Below, piece after piece: positions 22,935 through 35,377 of a DNA stretch of 64,000 nucleotides; position 1 is the stretch's first letter, and each line of letters opens with the position of its first letter. The notes below the pieces were generated by a model that was given only the letters and a program-made list of their open reading frames with translations, was not told the origin of the DNA and ran no database searches. A program made the position numbers and the translations under genes. Source of the stretch: Hamiltosporidium tvaerminnensis FI-OER-3-3 (lineage: Eukaryota > Fungi > Microsporidia); NCBI GenBank assembly GCA_022605425.2, contig JAKIMF020000001.1, positions 1,426,001-1,490,000 of the forward strand, given 5' to 3'.

Positions 22935-24100
22935 TTGCTTACTTCGCGGCGCTACAGCCCTTGAAGAGCCCGGACCTCCTTAACGATATTTCTCCATTAT
23001 TCCCTATTGTGAACCAAACTTCTCCATCGCAACATATTAAGTTTCATTAGATCTTCCTCGACATTATCCAGGCATATTTTCGGCATTCTGTCTCTTACCT
23101 TCAGGCGTGGTTTTGTATATTTTGCTAACGGCTCCCTCTGTAGAGATTCCATCTAGGTGTCCGAGCCACCTAAGTCTTCTTTGTTTTTTTACAGTGACAA
23201 TATTGGATTCTTGATATATATCATAAATCTCTTGATTTGTTTTAATTATCTACTCGTTATTTTCAAAACTTGGTCCATATATTATTCTAATTATCTTTCT
23301 CTCCCAATATCTAGCATGGTTTCATCTCTTTTGGTCATCACCAATGTTTCAGAAGCATACATTAACTGGGCCTAATAACAGTTCTATATATTTGTTTTTT
23401 TGTCTTTCGGTTTATTAGGTTGGACTTCAGTAAGCGTTTTTGCGTGAAATAGGTTTTGTTACCCGCCTTTATTCTCTCTTTTATTTCAATTGAACTTTTA
23501 TAATTCTCACTCAGAAGTGTACCAAGTATTTAAAACTTGATACTTTCTTGAATTTAAAGTAATCTATTTTTAAAAATTCTTCGAGATGGTCATGAGAAGG
23601 AGATACTTCTAATATTTCGTTTTACTCTCATCTATCTCTAGTCCCGCCTTTTCTGATTCCACTGCTAAAATTCTTAAGAAGATTTTAAATCCTCTGTGTT
23701 TCGTCCAACAATGCCCAGGCCATCTGCATATGCCACATATTGCGTTATTCTATTAAATATTGTGCCACGGGTATTCGTACCTATCTAGGCGAACCATCTC
23801 TTCTAGTGTAAGGTTGAATATAATACATGATAATCCGCCTCCTTGCTTTAATCCTTTATTTATATTAAATCCTTTCTATATATTATATTACCCGTAAAAT
23901 AAATTTCTGCTTTTGTATCATCGAGTGTCATTTTGATTATGCTGATAATTTTCGAATTCTCACGTGTCTTATATATAACATTCCGATCAATGCTATCATA
24001 TGCTTGTTTGTAATCTAAAAATATTATGGATCGAAATATTGTGCTGTAGCATTTTTCAAGCATCATTCTTATCGTGAATATTTAGTCAGTTGTTGATCCG
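22935..24100 (-). mobile_element. Decayed RTE-clade LINE, 3' half
   Basis: Minus-strand remnants FLDYKQAYDSIDR, GLKQGGGLS..FN, AYADG, KYLG, YASET; terminal IVKEVRALQGL* followed by a GTAAG-type tail. Confidence 0.8.
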
Positions 24101-24575
24101 TATGAACAAACACACTCTAAAATAAAATATACAAGAAATATTTGCAGATCTAAACTAACAGATAAGCGCATGAAGTCGTTATTTATAATTTTAATTAGTA
24201 AATTAGACTAATAATTTCAAGAAATTATTATGAGAAAATCTCAACTACATCAATCTCATTGAATTAATTATCCATGTCTCTCCTTATTTTTCGTTATTTC
24301 ATTTGTTTTAGTATAATTCTAGTTTTTTAAGAATAAAATTCATTTATATTTTTTTAGCTTACATTAACAATAACTTCCAATGACAAAAATTCTTTATGAG
24401 TCAGATGCAAGTAAATCCAGATAATGTCGCAAGCTATAATTTAGAGATCCATAGCCCAACGGATGGAAACAGAAGTGGAGAAAACAAAAAAATATTTTAG
24501 AAATTTAAGTGTGAAACAACGAAAAAATCAATTAGAAATATTATAGTTATGAAATTTTGCTGTATTTATAATTAA

Positions 24576-25343
24576 CTAGCTTAACCGCCGCGCGTTGCTG
24601 CCATAATAAAAGAAAGTAGTCTCAAGTATAAAAAAACACTCATTAGTTCATTAATTCAAATACTATGTATTTATTTTTTCGAATGCTTTTTAAGATTAAT
24701 ATTTTTTGTTTTTTTTCTGGTGTTTAAAGGAAAAAATCGAAAATATTTCCACGAATCAAGTTTCTAATTAGAGTTTTTAAGTGAAAAGCACAGTTTAACC
24801 AAATCTATTCTAGAAACCACAGCTTTTCTCTTGTAAGTTTTATTTTTTTTCCGAAGGAGAGTCGTAACGAAACTGTATTATATTTTTAAATGGCTTATCA
24901 GTTGAAACCGTTGAAATTAGTAGCAACAGTAAATCGCCAATAATAATACATGCATATTATTAACACGCTTTAGTGCCCACACTCTCGAATAAATCCCTAT
25001 TTCTATTTCTTTTTACAATGAACCAAACCACTTTACCACACAACAATGTATTAACAACTCATTAGCCTAAATATATATTTAATTACACCCTTTAAACTGC
25101 TATAGTCCTTAACAACCGTTAACATAGTATAGTTTACACTAATATTTTAAATTCATCCAACTCTTATTAAATCTTTTAATAAAAATCCCAAAATAAAGCG
25201 CTTAGTAATCTACCTTTATAATGAAAACTATACCTTTTTATCTAAAAAATTACCCCTTTTTTCAGAAAAATAACACACTTTATTACAGTCTTTAAACACA
25301 CACACACCCACACGCATACATTAATTTTTATTTTATAGATAGA
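24576..25343 (-). mobile_element. Non-autonomous Helitron-like element (Lep1/HINE-type architecture)
   Basis: Minus strand starts A|TCTATCTATA, then a (GT)n microsatellite, and ends in GC-rich GGCAGCAACGCGCGGCGG followed by AAGCTAG|T; the A/T insertion rule is satisfied. Confidence 0.7.
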
Positions 25344-25831
25344 TATGAAAAATTACGCCAAAAAAACAATGAATCTTTCGATTATCAAGATCATATTTAT
25401 TTATATAAAAAAATCAAATTAAAGTTGTATATAAACAGAATAAATAGTTATATTATTAATAGAAGAGATATAAAAGCATAGAATATATGTTTCGCTGTCG
25501 AAAAGTTCAAGGTATTGTTAAAAAAAGAAAGTATAAATTTTATTGGGGATACCCAAGGAGAGAAATGTTTATTAAAATATGCACTTGTAAAAAGCTTGTA
25601 AAATATACCATACTTTGTTATAAGAGTATAAAATAATACACTACTCTTCTTACTAAGTATAAACACAAATCCTACTTACTTATTCCGGCCATCTTGTATC
25701 TTTCTGTGCTGAGGATGTAAATATAACTCTTCAAAACAAATTAGAAGGTCGTTCAAGGAATTATTGTAAAGAAGTATGTAGATGCAATATCGAAACTCTA
25801 ATTAAAATAGATTCCAAAATCTGTACCAATA

Positions 25832-26053
25832 TATTATTATGTTTGGCACTACAGCCCTGCACCAGCCTTGGTTGCTCTCTGAAATCCGCCCACCGCTCTT
25901 TTTCCAGTGAGTGTGTTTACTTTTTCGGGTTTTATAACAAAGTGGTTTTAAAGGATGGGTTGTTAGCCCTACGCCCAACCTCGATGACTAGTACCTTTTA
26001 GTCGCTTCTTACGACAAGCAGAGAATACTCCAAGCCAATTATACACCTGGCAT
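25832..26053 (-). mobile_element. RTE-derived short non-autonomous element (SINE-like), copy 1
   Basis: Reverse complement aligns end to end with 59823-60048; has RTE 5'UTR-type motifs and an RTE 3' end GGGCTGTAGTGCC with an (ATA)n tail. Confidence 0.8.
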
Positions 26054-26536
26054 AATAGGGAATATACGATATATAGCTGATTTATATTTTTATAAATTAT
26101 CAAATAAGATAAGAATATTAGGCTTTTGAATTAAGTTAAAAGCGTCATTTTATTAATTAAAATCAAACAAATAGAAATTAACTCTCCTCTCAAATAAGCC
26201 AAGTAATAGCTGTAAATTATTTATGGATTAAATAGTATCTAAAGTCGGACTAAAATTTTAACAAAAATTATATTTTGATACTTTTGACCGAGTATTTTGC
26301 AAAATTATTTTCAAAAATTTGCAGTCAAAATAATTATTGTGTAAAACAGCTTTATAATAGTTGAATATAATCGAATATAGAAATTATAGATTTACTCAGA
26401 GTATTAATGATTAAAACAAACACAAAGCCTTCTAAAAATCGTACTTATAAATTTTAAATACAACATCATATTTTTATGTTGAAGATTATCATACTTTGAC
26501 ATTGTTATTTTTATTTTCTAGCTATAATTTTAAAAT

Positions 26537-26597
26537 TACTTACTTACTCAATAGCATTACGACACAGTAATAGCCCTAGTCTAATTTACTATAAACT
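26537..26597 (-). mobile_element. RTE 3'-end stub with (GTAA)n tail
   Basis: TTACTTACTTACTCAATAGCATTACGACACAGTAATAGCCCTAG..TTTACTATAAA matches 32298-32358. Confidence 0.6.
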
Positions 26598-26752
26598 TAT
26601 TTTGAAATTAGTTATTCAATTGTTTTATTATAAATATTACATCAAAACTTTCGACTTTTGATTTTCTTTAATATTTTTTCATATTTTCCATATAAAAAAT
26701 TAAAGACTCTATTTTATTTCAATTTAAAAAAAAAAATAAAAAATAAAGGGTA

Positions 26753-27454
26753 ATGTTTGACTCATCTATATGGAAAACGATCGGTGGATCAAAGAATTTT
26801 TGTGCCTATAAATTAACAACTGATACAGAACCGCCGCTCTGTAAAAATCCATACAATGTAACGGGGTTATGTGATGAGTTTTCTTGTCCGTTATCAAACA
26901 GTAAATATGCAACTTTAAGAGAAATTAATGGTGGAATATTTTTATTTGTAAAAGAACCAGAGCGAGTAAATTCACCAATAAATATGTATGAAAAGATTGA
27001 GTTATCTTCAGATTATAATATAGCGCTTGAAGAAATAGAAGAGCATTTAAAATATTGGGATACCAAAGTTGTACACAAATGTAAGCAAAGACTCACTAAA
27101 CTAACACAATATTTACGAAGATTAGAAATAATAAAAAAAAGTGAAAGGAATATTTATTCCGTTAGAAATAAAAAAATAGTTAGAAGAGATAAAAGCAGAG
27201 CAATGAAAGCATTAAACAAAATAGATTTTGAAACAGATATAAAAAACGAACTCATTATGAGAGCCGAAACAGGTATATTTGGAGAGAATATACAAGAAAA
27301 TATAAAAAATAAAATTAAAAAGAAAGTAGAAAAAGTCAAAAATAAAGCCAAGAAAAAATATGTGACTGACTTTGTTGAAAGTGAATCTGATTGTGAAGAA
27401 GAAAATCTTCCTAAAAATGTAAAACCAAAAAAGAAGAATTCTATTAAATGGTAA
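26753..27454 (+). CDS. MAK16: Ribosome biogenesis protein Mak16
   Basis: FCAYK..CKNPYNVTGLCDEFSCPLSNSKYAT, HKCKQRLTKLTQYL. Confidence 0.95.
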   Translation: MFDSSIWKTIGGSKNFCAYKLTTDTEPPLCKNPYNVTGLCDEFSCPLSNSKYATLREINGGIFLFVKEPERVNSPINMYEKIELSSDYNIALEEIEEHLKYWDTKVVHKCKQRLTKLTQYLRRLEIIKKSERNIYSVRNKKIVRRDKSRAMKALNKIDFETDIKNELIMRAETGIFGENIQENIKNKIKKKVEKVKNKAKKKYVTDFVESESDCEEENLPKNVKPKKKNSIKW

Positions 27455-28494
27455 ACATAATCTAAAACTTTCAAATTTATATTTGATTAATTAAATTAAT
27501 ATAACTTCAATTTCATTTATTAAAAATAAAATATTATTTATCAAATAAAATTTTGGTTTTTAATTTTTTTCATTAGTTACACGGTGCATTTAAAAGTTTT
27601 TTTCCTTCGTTTTTATATTCAAACCGTCAAATCAAAAATAATAGTTTATCACACATTTAATATTTTTTTAATTTTGTTTTACTTTGTTCTAATTCTTTTA
27701 TGTTATATTGTTGAATTAATTACTAAATTTTTTATCCTTTACAATGCATTGATCGTAGAATATTGATAAAAAATGAAATAAAGAATTCTTTTCAATTGCT
27801 CAAATATTTTTTTAAAATACAAGCATTGATGTATTTTGGAAAATATTAAATTATCTATATTATTAACTTTTATTTTTCTATTAAAAGTGGAAATTCTATT
27901 CATTGCCAAGATTGTGTGCAATAAAAAATAAATATGCAATTGGATTTTTATTCATGAAGAATAAAAATTTCCTGCTTTGGTTATTTCGCACGAGTATTAA
28001 GCAGCCTTATATTATACCTTTCCGTTTTTTATTGTTTTTACGTATAAATATAGGTTATATTTGATCATTTAAACATTTATTTTTAAAATTCATCTTATTG
28101 TCCACAAATAAAAGGAAATATAAAGTCATGGGATCAGCGAATGTTCTGATATATTTAAGAAAAAATTGATTATGAAGTGCAAATGATATGTGTTAACACC
28201 GCGATAAGCTTAGTAAATCAGTAGATAATTCGGTTACTAGATGTAAGAAACCATCCGAATATGACTATCTTAGACTTTTTGAAGGAGTGATTTAATCAGC
28301 ATCTACTCCTTTGAATATATACAAATTTACCCAACAAAACAAACTAGGAGTCAAACAGCTCAGGAAATTCTTTAAAATGTGTGTGCGGAAATGAAAGCTG
28401 AACTTTGAATAAAAACCCATGTCAAAATTCTTCATAATAGACTAGATAGATTACCTTATATAAGAGTAAAAATATGATGACGCTCTCTGAATCA

Positions 28495-28950
28495 GAAAGC
28501 ACTTTCAAAGATTCGCTTCGAATAGTTAAAACTGAAAAACTTAGGAAATATGATCTAAAATCGACGAGGTAGGTCTCTTTTAAAACCGTGGTATTCAGAT
28601 ATTTCGCTACGTGATAACCGAGACGCTTTTGTAACAAAATACTATGAATTTACTATAAAAGGCTTTCACTACATATAAATATTAAGCTTATATACAAGTA
28701 ATATCACTCAAAAATATCGTTGAACAAACTTCGATAGAAAAGAAAGATTAAGACAAGACTTGATGTTATCGAGATCCGAAAAGCCTCAATAAAGGTAATA
28801 CAAAGAGTAAAATACATGAAAAAGCAACACTTTATTCCAGAAAACCAAGTGAGAGGAGGATAGGGCAAAAAGTTCACTGGAGAAAAAAAGAAGCTCCAAA
28901 TTTGAATGAAGTTACAAAATGTTAAAAATTATACAAAAGTAACTGATTAG
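28495..28950 (+). mobile_element. Highly decayed R4-like 3' fragment
   Basis: GATTCGCTTCGAATAGTTAAAACTGAAAAACTTAGGAAATATGATCTA encodes DSLRIVKTEKLRKYDL. Confidence 0.65.
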
Positions 28951-29047
28951 TCTTATTTGAAACTCAAAGTCAAAGTGGTCGAGTAAAATATAAAAAAGAA
29001 TTTCAAACCGAATTTTAAATAAATGTAAAATTTTGAAATACATAATT

Positions 29048-30859
29048 TTATTTTTCTATTTCAAGCAACGATATTAATTCATTTGTCTTTCCTTTAAAAT
29101 ATGCAGGCTCTATAAATATCCTATCGCTATCAAATTTGCATATTTTATTGCAACTTATACCACTTTCATAGACAAATATGGAAATATATGCATCTTCACT
29201 TGTACATACATTTCTACTTACAATTTTTGCATGAGCTTCGGTTAGTCTATAAAGACTCTCCAACATGCGTATCGTAATTATTTCGGTATTAGATTTTGTC
29301 TTCCGTTTATAATTATAATATTTTAGTAAAATATTGTTTACAACGAAATTTGTTTCTATTTTATTATTTCGAATAAGCTTTATGTAACTTCTTATTGTGG
29401 CTAATGACCAAAGATTTGACTTCTTTGCTGATTCTTTTTCATCGTGAACTGTAAACCGTGAAAGAACTAAATCGGTCTTTTTTATATCATTTTGATAGTT
29501 CTTATCATCAAAAAGTCCAAATATCAAATCAAATCTGCTAATCAAAGGTGAAGAAATATTAAGAAATTCTGGTAAATTATTTTTAAGCGAAAAATTGTTA
29601 TTAACATTACAAACAGCGACAATACTACAACGAGCATTTAAACAAGTTACCAAACCTGCCTTCGCTACACTTAAAGTTTGTTGCTCCATCACCTCAAGCA
29701 AACCTGATTTTTCATTTGTCTTTAAACTATTAAATTCATCAATACAACATAGACCACAGTCAGCCAAAACCAATGCACCTGCCTCTAAATTCCATTCACC
29801 ACCCTGCTTTATTGCACATGTAGTCAAACCAGCATCACTTGTTCCCAATCCGTTGGTTTTTATAGCAGGTTTAATTATTTGCAAGCAACATCCCATAAGT
29901 TGGGTTTTGCCAGTTCCAGAATCACCAACAAGCAAAACATGCGAACTAGATCGTCTATCAGTTTTAAAACAAACGAAACTTTTATCTCCATTTAAATTCT
30001 CACTTAATTTTTCTTTATTTTCATCATTAGAAATTATATTTTTTGACTTTCGGTTTTCTGTTTCATTGATTTCAATTTTATTTTCAGAAAATCCCAAATT
30101 ATTATTTCCACCAATAATAGCCAATATTAAACCAAGTTTTACATTCATATAACCATATATATGAGATCCAAACGATTTCAATATTGTTTCTCTTTTTTTA
30201 AAATCATCATAATTTTTAAATTCATCAAATAATTTTTCTTCTTGAAATGTTAAAACGATATCGTCAATTCTTGCAATATTCAAAGCATGAAGTGTTAAAA
30301 AACTTTTTATTTTTTCACCAACTTTGTTGTTTATCATGTTAACTTTTACGATTCCAGTAACTAAAATACGTTCTCCAGGAAAAAATCTTCCGCTCCATTT
30401 TCCTTCAGCAGAAATCTCAAGTGTATCGGATAATGTATCCGGGTTACCAATATCTTGAATTCTCAAGGTTTGATGTCCAATAGCATTATCAAATGCTTGT
30501 TTAGTAATACAATTATTAGACATACATGTTTCACATACATTTGTTATATCAGTTTCCGATAAAACGGTTTTCTTCCAATCACATTCTGTGCATTCAATTG
30601 AATATTCTACATTTTTTAATAAAACATTACTTGATCTAATGATTGTACCTTTTATACTTACTAGTTTTGATATGTCATTGGCTTTGGGAAATACGTTTAG
30701 TAAAAGCGCCAACGGAATTCCATATAAAGATTTTGATTTCAAGTTTTTTTTATATAGAGATGTGTTTAAAACAAATTTATTTGCTAGTTCAGGATTTAAA
30801 TGACACAATTCTATAAGATTGATTTCTTGTTTTCCAAATAGATCTTTTATGTTTTCCAT
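29048..30859 (-). CDS. MCM9: MCM9-like DNA helicase
   Basis: Zn finger CTEC..CETC; HVLLVGDSGTGKTQ; GGEWNLEAGALVLADCGLCCIDEFNSL, typical of MCM9; MEQQTLSVAKAGLV; SRFD arginine finger. Confidence 0.85.
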   Translation of the reverse strand: MENIKDLFGKQEINLIELCHLNPELANKFVLNTSLYKKNLKSKSLYGIPLALLLNVFPKANDISKLVSIKGTIIRSSNVLLKNVEYSIECTECDWKKTVLSETDITNVCETCMSNNCITKQAFDNAIGHQTLRIQDIGNPDTLSDTLEISAEGKWSGRFFPGERILVTGIVKVNMINNKVGEKIKSFLTLHALNIARIDDIVLTFQEEKLFDEFKNYDDFKKRETILKSFGSHIYGYMNVKLGLILAIIGGNNNLGFSENKIEINETENRKSKNIISNDENKEKLSENLNGDKSFVCFKTDRRSSSHVLLVGDSGTGKTQLMGCCLQIIKPAIKTNGLGTSDAGLTTCAIKQGGEWNLEAGALVLADCGLCCIDEFNSLKTNEKSGLLEVMEQQTLSVAKAGLVTCLNARCSIVAVCNVNNNFSLKNNLPEFLNISSPLISRFDLIFGLFDDKNYQNDIKKTDLVLSRFTVHDEKESAKKSNLWSLATIRSYIKLIRNNKIETNFVVNNILLKYYNYKRKTKSNTEIITIRMLESLYRLTEAHAKIVSRNVCTSEDAYISIFVYESGISCNKICKFDSDRIFIEPAYFKGKTNELISLLEIEK

Positions 30860-32297
30860 TGGGTTAGAAATATTTAGAACTTCTAATAAATTTCAAAGAA
30901 GAAATTTGCTTCGAATATATATTTCCAGATGCTTAACCAATATTTGAGTTAGTGATACAGGGCATTTAATCAAAATCAATATATACTTTAGTCCGCATAT
31001 ATTCATAGGTTTTCAGTAATTTTAGGTTTAATAATTTATATTTCTAAATTTGTTCAAAAATGCATTCAAAAATAGAAACTCCCAAATTAGTATAGCTATT
31101 TCTTACTTAAGTCTTGGTTCGATAAAGTTTTGTTTCAAATGCGAGTTTTTTCTTCTAAAGTTGTTGAAAAATATCAATTTTTTCTTTAAAATATTATTTA
31201 AATAATGGTTTAGTCAAAATTTAATTTTTTTTAAATGAAATTTGTTGTGATTAACCAATTGTTTTTTCAATATTTAAAAGAAGAAATGATTTAGTTGGAA
31301 TGTAACCGTTACTGTTTTAATCTGTTGAGCTTAACCAATTATTTAATGAAATTCAAAAACCACCAATGATCTATTTATAATTGGAATTAAACAGTTTGAA
31401 TATAATTGTCAATTAAAAATTATTTTTTTCAAAATTATATTCTGATTTCTTAATTTGGAAATATAAATCGTAAAATACTTCTTTGCTTTTTTGATAGATT
31501 AAAAACGGTCTAGAAATTCGTTTTTTTTTTAAGTTATATTTTCAATAATATTTTTTGTTTATAAAAAACCAATGATTAGTCCTCTATTTTACAAGCAGAT
31601 TTCCATGTTATTAGATATATTATGCAGTTTTTCAGAATAATTATCAAATTAAGCTCAAATTAGATAGATTATAATTCGAGCAGATTTTGGTTGAAAATTT
31701 CTTTTATTCAAAATTTGCTCTTATTAAACAGTCATGTCTATACTTTTAACATTAGATTCTAATTAATTAGTTAAGTTTTTTGTTTTTCTTGTTTCTTTCC
31801 CGTTGTAAAGTTTTTTAATTAGCCATATACTATCGTTTGGTTTTAAATTCCCTACCATTAGCTGCTTTCATATTCATAAAACATTCCAATCGAAATAAAT
31901 GAGTATAAAACTTGCATCTATTTATTTATATTTATATTTGACGATGTACCAACTTGCTATTGATTATCGTATACATTAATATCAGATAAGCCTTTGTAGA
32001 ACAGATTAAGAAGGGATTGGATAGAAGTCTGAATAATTATTCCAATTTGAGATACGCATTTACAAGTTAATGAATTATTTTTAAATATATTAAATACAGG
32101 AAAAATATTTCTCTTTGTTTATTGTTTTATATCTAATAGTCGTTTATCGTTTTGAAAATGTGTTGGTTATTCTCAGATATATTTTCTTCAATTATACTTT
32201 AATTCTCAAAACTATTTATTTTTCAATCGCTTAATAAATTAATCTATTTATCTAAACATTTGAAGTAAATATACAACACTGGATAATTTAACAAACA

Positions 32298-32395
32298 CTT
32301 ACTTACCTACTCGATGGCATTACGGCCCAGTAAGAGCCCTAGCAGCATTTACTATAAATTTTCACTTGTCCCGATACAGAGCCATTCTTTTACAA
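32298..32395 (-). mobile_element. RTE 3'-end stub with (GTAA)n tail
   Basis: Minus strand reads KRMALYRDK*KFIVNAARALTGP*, then GTAGGTAAGTAAG; homologous to the terminus at 22935. Confidence 0.65.
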
Positions 32396-32543
32396 TCGTC
32401 ATCAAACATCAGATTATAAATTAAATTTAATCGGTGAAAAGACATATAAATAGATTATAAAGGCTTAATGTTATGCTATTTTTTTAAATATATATGTGAT
32501 TATGCTATATAAAAAAATATCGTACGAGCCCATTTTACTTTAA

Positions 32544-32909
32544 ATGTCGGAAATAGATGAAATTTTTAAATCCGTTAATAAAAATAAGAAAGAAAACAGT
32601 AAAAAGGCAGTAAATAAAAAGGAATTTAAACAAAAAACTGTAGAAGTGGAAAATAATAAAAATAAATTTAAAAAACCAAAAAAAAATGAATCTAAATTAT
32701 TCAACGAGAGTAGTGGAATTACAGATAAAACACAAAAAGAGAAGAAAAAGAATTATAAGAAACAAAAAGATTCGGAAAACAGTAATGAAGACCAAAATAA
32801 ATCAAGATTTACTTCAGAAGGGTTACCACTATTGTCAGAGGAAGCTTTACACATCGGAAAAGGGGGTAAAAGCAAACTTTGTCCCTTTGATTGTGACTGT
32901 TGCTTTTAA
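32544..32909 (+). CDS. DUF1764 family protein
   Basis: C-terminal RFTSEGLPLLSEEALHIGKGGKSKLCPFDCDCCF is the family signature; CCC motif upstream. Confidence 0.9.
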   Translation: MSEIDEIFKSVNKNKKENSKKAVNKKEFKQKTVEVENNKNKFKKPKKNESKLFNESSGITDKTQKEKKKNYKKQKDSENSNEDQNKSRFTSEGLPLLSEEALHIGKGGKSKLCPFDCDCCF

Positions 32910-33113
32910 AGAGCATAGTAAATACTTATTTGTTTGGCTATTAAAATAATGACCATTTCAATAAAGAGTATTAATTAAATTAAAGAAAGCATAAATATTA
33001 AATTTTTATAAATTATTCAAAATTTTCTTTGAAGTTTACATCTATAAATAATTTCAATTAAACGATGTAATAGACCGAAATACATCACATAATATTACCG
33101 AAAACCATAATAT

Positions 33114-34229
33114 TTACCACTCAACAATAAAATTGTAATTTTTCTTTTTGAATGCAGTAAATTCTCGCTTTCCAGAAAATAAAAGTAAATCCATAGAATT
33201 ATGCAAAACCTTTTCTGTCAAAAATTCAAATTCATTGTTAATCATACGAATATCCATTTCTCCGTCTTCCAATACAGAACCACCAGAACAAGACCCAACA
33301 CATGCATACATTTCTACATAATCATATGTACTTTTAGCGTTTTTATATTTATTTAAAAAATTTACAATATTATTTAATCTATAAATCTTTAAAAATTTAT
33401 ATTTTATTTCCTCCTTTTCAATAAAATATTCAATAAATTCCTTATTAATTATATTTTCGCTAGTTTTAGTTGGATTTATTTTAGAAATAAAATAATCGAT
33501 AAAACTATAAACAGTTCCTTCGTACATTTTGTAAGAAATTTCATTTTTTTGTATTTCATCATTTTTATTATTGCTATCGTCTAAAATATAATCATCAAAT
33601 TTATAGTGTCTCAATATTTTTATAAATTCCTTGGTAGAAATTATGTGTTCTATTTTTATATTATCTCTATTGTTTTCTAACTTTTTATCATAACAATGTA
33701 CAATACTAAGTGTGGTAGTATTGAGTGCTTTGTTATGTAAATATGACATTTGTTGCAAGGTAAATACTTTCGAAAGATTTTCTAATAGTTCGGGCGCTTT
33801 TTTTTCAATATATAATGTGCTTCCAGGACAAAATGAAGATATTAGCATATTTTTCCTATTTATAAATTCTTTATAAGCCATACATAACTGTGTTTCTTGA
33901 AAATATGATAAGTCATATATTTTTTGTGGTTGAAATGTAATTCTTATAAAATTGATTAAAGCCCTTTCGAAATCTGTAAATGTACCAAAATATTTTTTAT
34001 ATAAAATATATAAATTTGTTTTAGAAACTGAGGATATAATTATTGCAATATCCTTCGGGAAATCATCTAGTAATAGATTTAATGAATATGTCGATCCAAA
34101 TGCTTCATCAGTTGAAGATAAACATCCACTACATGAAATACAATCATCAAGTGATATTTCAATTTCTTTATCAAGTTTTACACAAGTTTTTGAATTATTT
34201 AGAATTTTTTTATCGAAATTGAAGCTCAT
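33114..34229 (-). CDS. NAR1: Cytosolic Fe-S assembly factor Nar1 (hydrogenase-like)
   Basis: ISLDDCISCSGCLS, SSFCPG, CYDKKLE, YVEMYACVGSCSGG and a C-terminal Trp. Confidence 0.9.
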   Translation of the reverse strand: MSFNFDKKILNNSKTCVKLDKEIEISLDDCISCSGCLSSTDEAFGSTYSLNLLLDDFPKDIAIIISSVSKTNLYILYKKYFGTFTDFERALINFIRITFQPQKIYDLSYFQETQLCMAYKEFINRKNMLISSFCPGSTLYIEKKAPELLENLSKVFTLQQMSYLHNKALNTTTLSIVHCYDKKLENNRDNIKIEHIISTKEFIKILRHYKFDDYILDDSNNKNDEIQKNEISYKMYEGTVYSFIDYFISKINPTKTSENIINKEFIEYFIEKEEIKYKFLKIYRLNNIVNFLNKYKNAKSTYDYVEMYACVGSCSGGSVLEDGEMDIRMINNEFEFLTEKVLHNSMDLLLFSGKREFTAFKKKNYNFIVEW

Positions 34230-34704
34230 TTATGGGGTAGACAACAGTTTTTTTGTCTTAAATTTAAAGAATATTTTTGAGGACCAAAATACTATAAAGT
34301 GAATTTAATATTTAGCATCATCGATTTTAAAAATATATTTTATTATTCAATTTTTTTATTACAACTTAGTTGTACAGCGTATTGGTATTGTCTTAAAATT
34401 TTTGCTTTCTATCTTCGTGAAAGTTCAAATCTCATTAAAATATGCCTTATTTGAAGATATACAACATATGGTTATACATGCATTACCTGAAGCTATATTT
34501 ACTCCTCTATATTTTCTAAATTATACCTTCTGATAAAAAAATATTTTTATTGAGTTTTTTCCTTGGAAAATATAGACTATCATAATTTCTCAAATATGAA
34601 TTTAAAAAATTTATACTCCTTTGAATCTTTAAAATATATTCAATTTGTTCTTTTTATTTGAAAGTATCACATCTTTTTAAAACAGTGGCAAGTGTTATAT
34701 TTAA

Positions 34705-35377
34705 TTTCATGGCATTAAAGCAGTTCTGGGTTTAACATAAATAATTGTTACCTCAACACTCCATCGGGTTCCCTTACGATACCTACATCTCAAAGCTTTG
34801 ATTTAAAAGGTATGTAGAACCTGAATAATAAATGAAGTAGTTACTCGGAGTTCGTACATGACTATTGCATGGAGTGTGATCGAATGCCGAAGCCCATTGG
34901 GCACCCCAAAGACTATACAGAATTCCCACTTACTCTACGGTTTCTGAACCCAATAAATATCTAGCCAAGATATATTTCAGAGATTTACATGGGATCCATT
35001 TAGACAATGCACTGTCATACAACAGTTATAACCTGCTACTTAGCTCTCCCGGCCTTTAACGGTTTTTATTTTTATATCTCACAGGCGCTAAGTCATCTAA
35101 CCCGAGTGAGAAAGGCTAGGTTTCCATGGTTTTAAATGGAAATTACCTACATTTCAGCTGCGGTCTGCAATCTAGTTACATAAAAAACTACAAATAAATT
35201 TTTAAGAAAAGTTTCTCAATTTCTTAGAATTTCTCCTCCTCATAACAACACCCATGGAACAACCGAAGATGTAATGTGGTTTTATTTCCACCAAAAATTC
35301 AAACAACAATCTTCACACCAGTTTCACATACTCATTGCCAAGGAGAAAGTTTTTTATGAGGTTATCTTCCATCACCA
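34705..35377 (+). repeat. Dispersed repeat family Y, copy B
   Basis: Homologous to the reverse complement of 1295-1960. Confidence 0.8.

Noticed and set aside
29595-30152. 185-aa plus-strand ORF, and other antisense ORFs over VMA2, NAR1, MAK16 and the R4 elements
   Set aside because: Shadow frames of real genes on the opposite strand; no independent motifs or start signals.
32686-32949. 87-aa ORF overlapping the DUF1764 gene
   Set aside because: Alternate frame of an A-rich gene; the DUF1764 frame carries the conserved signature.
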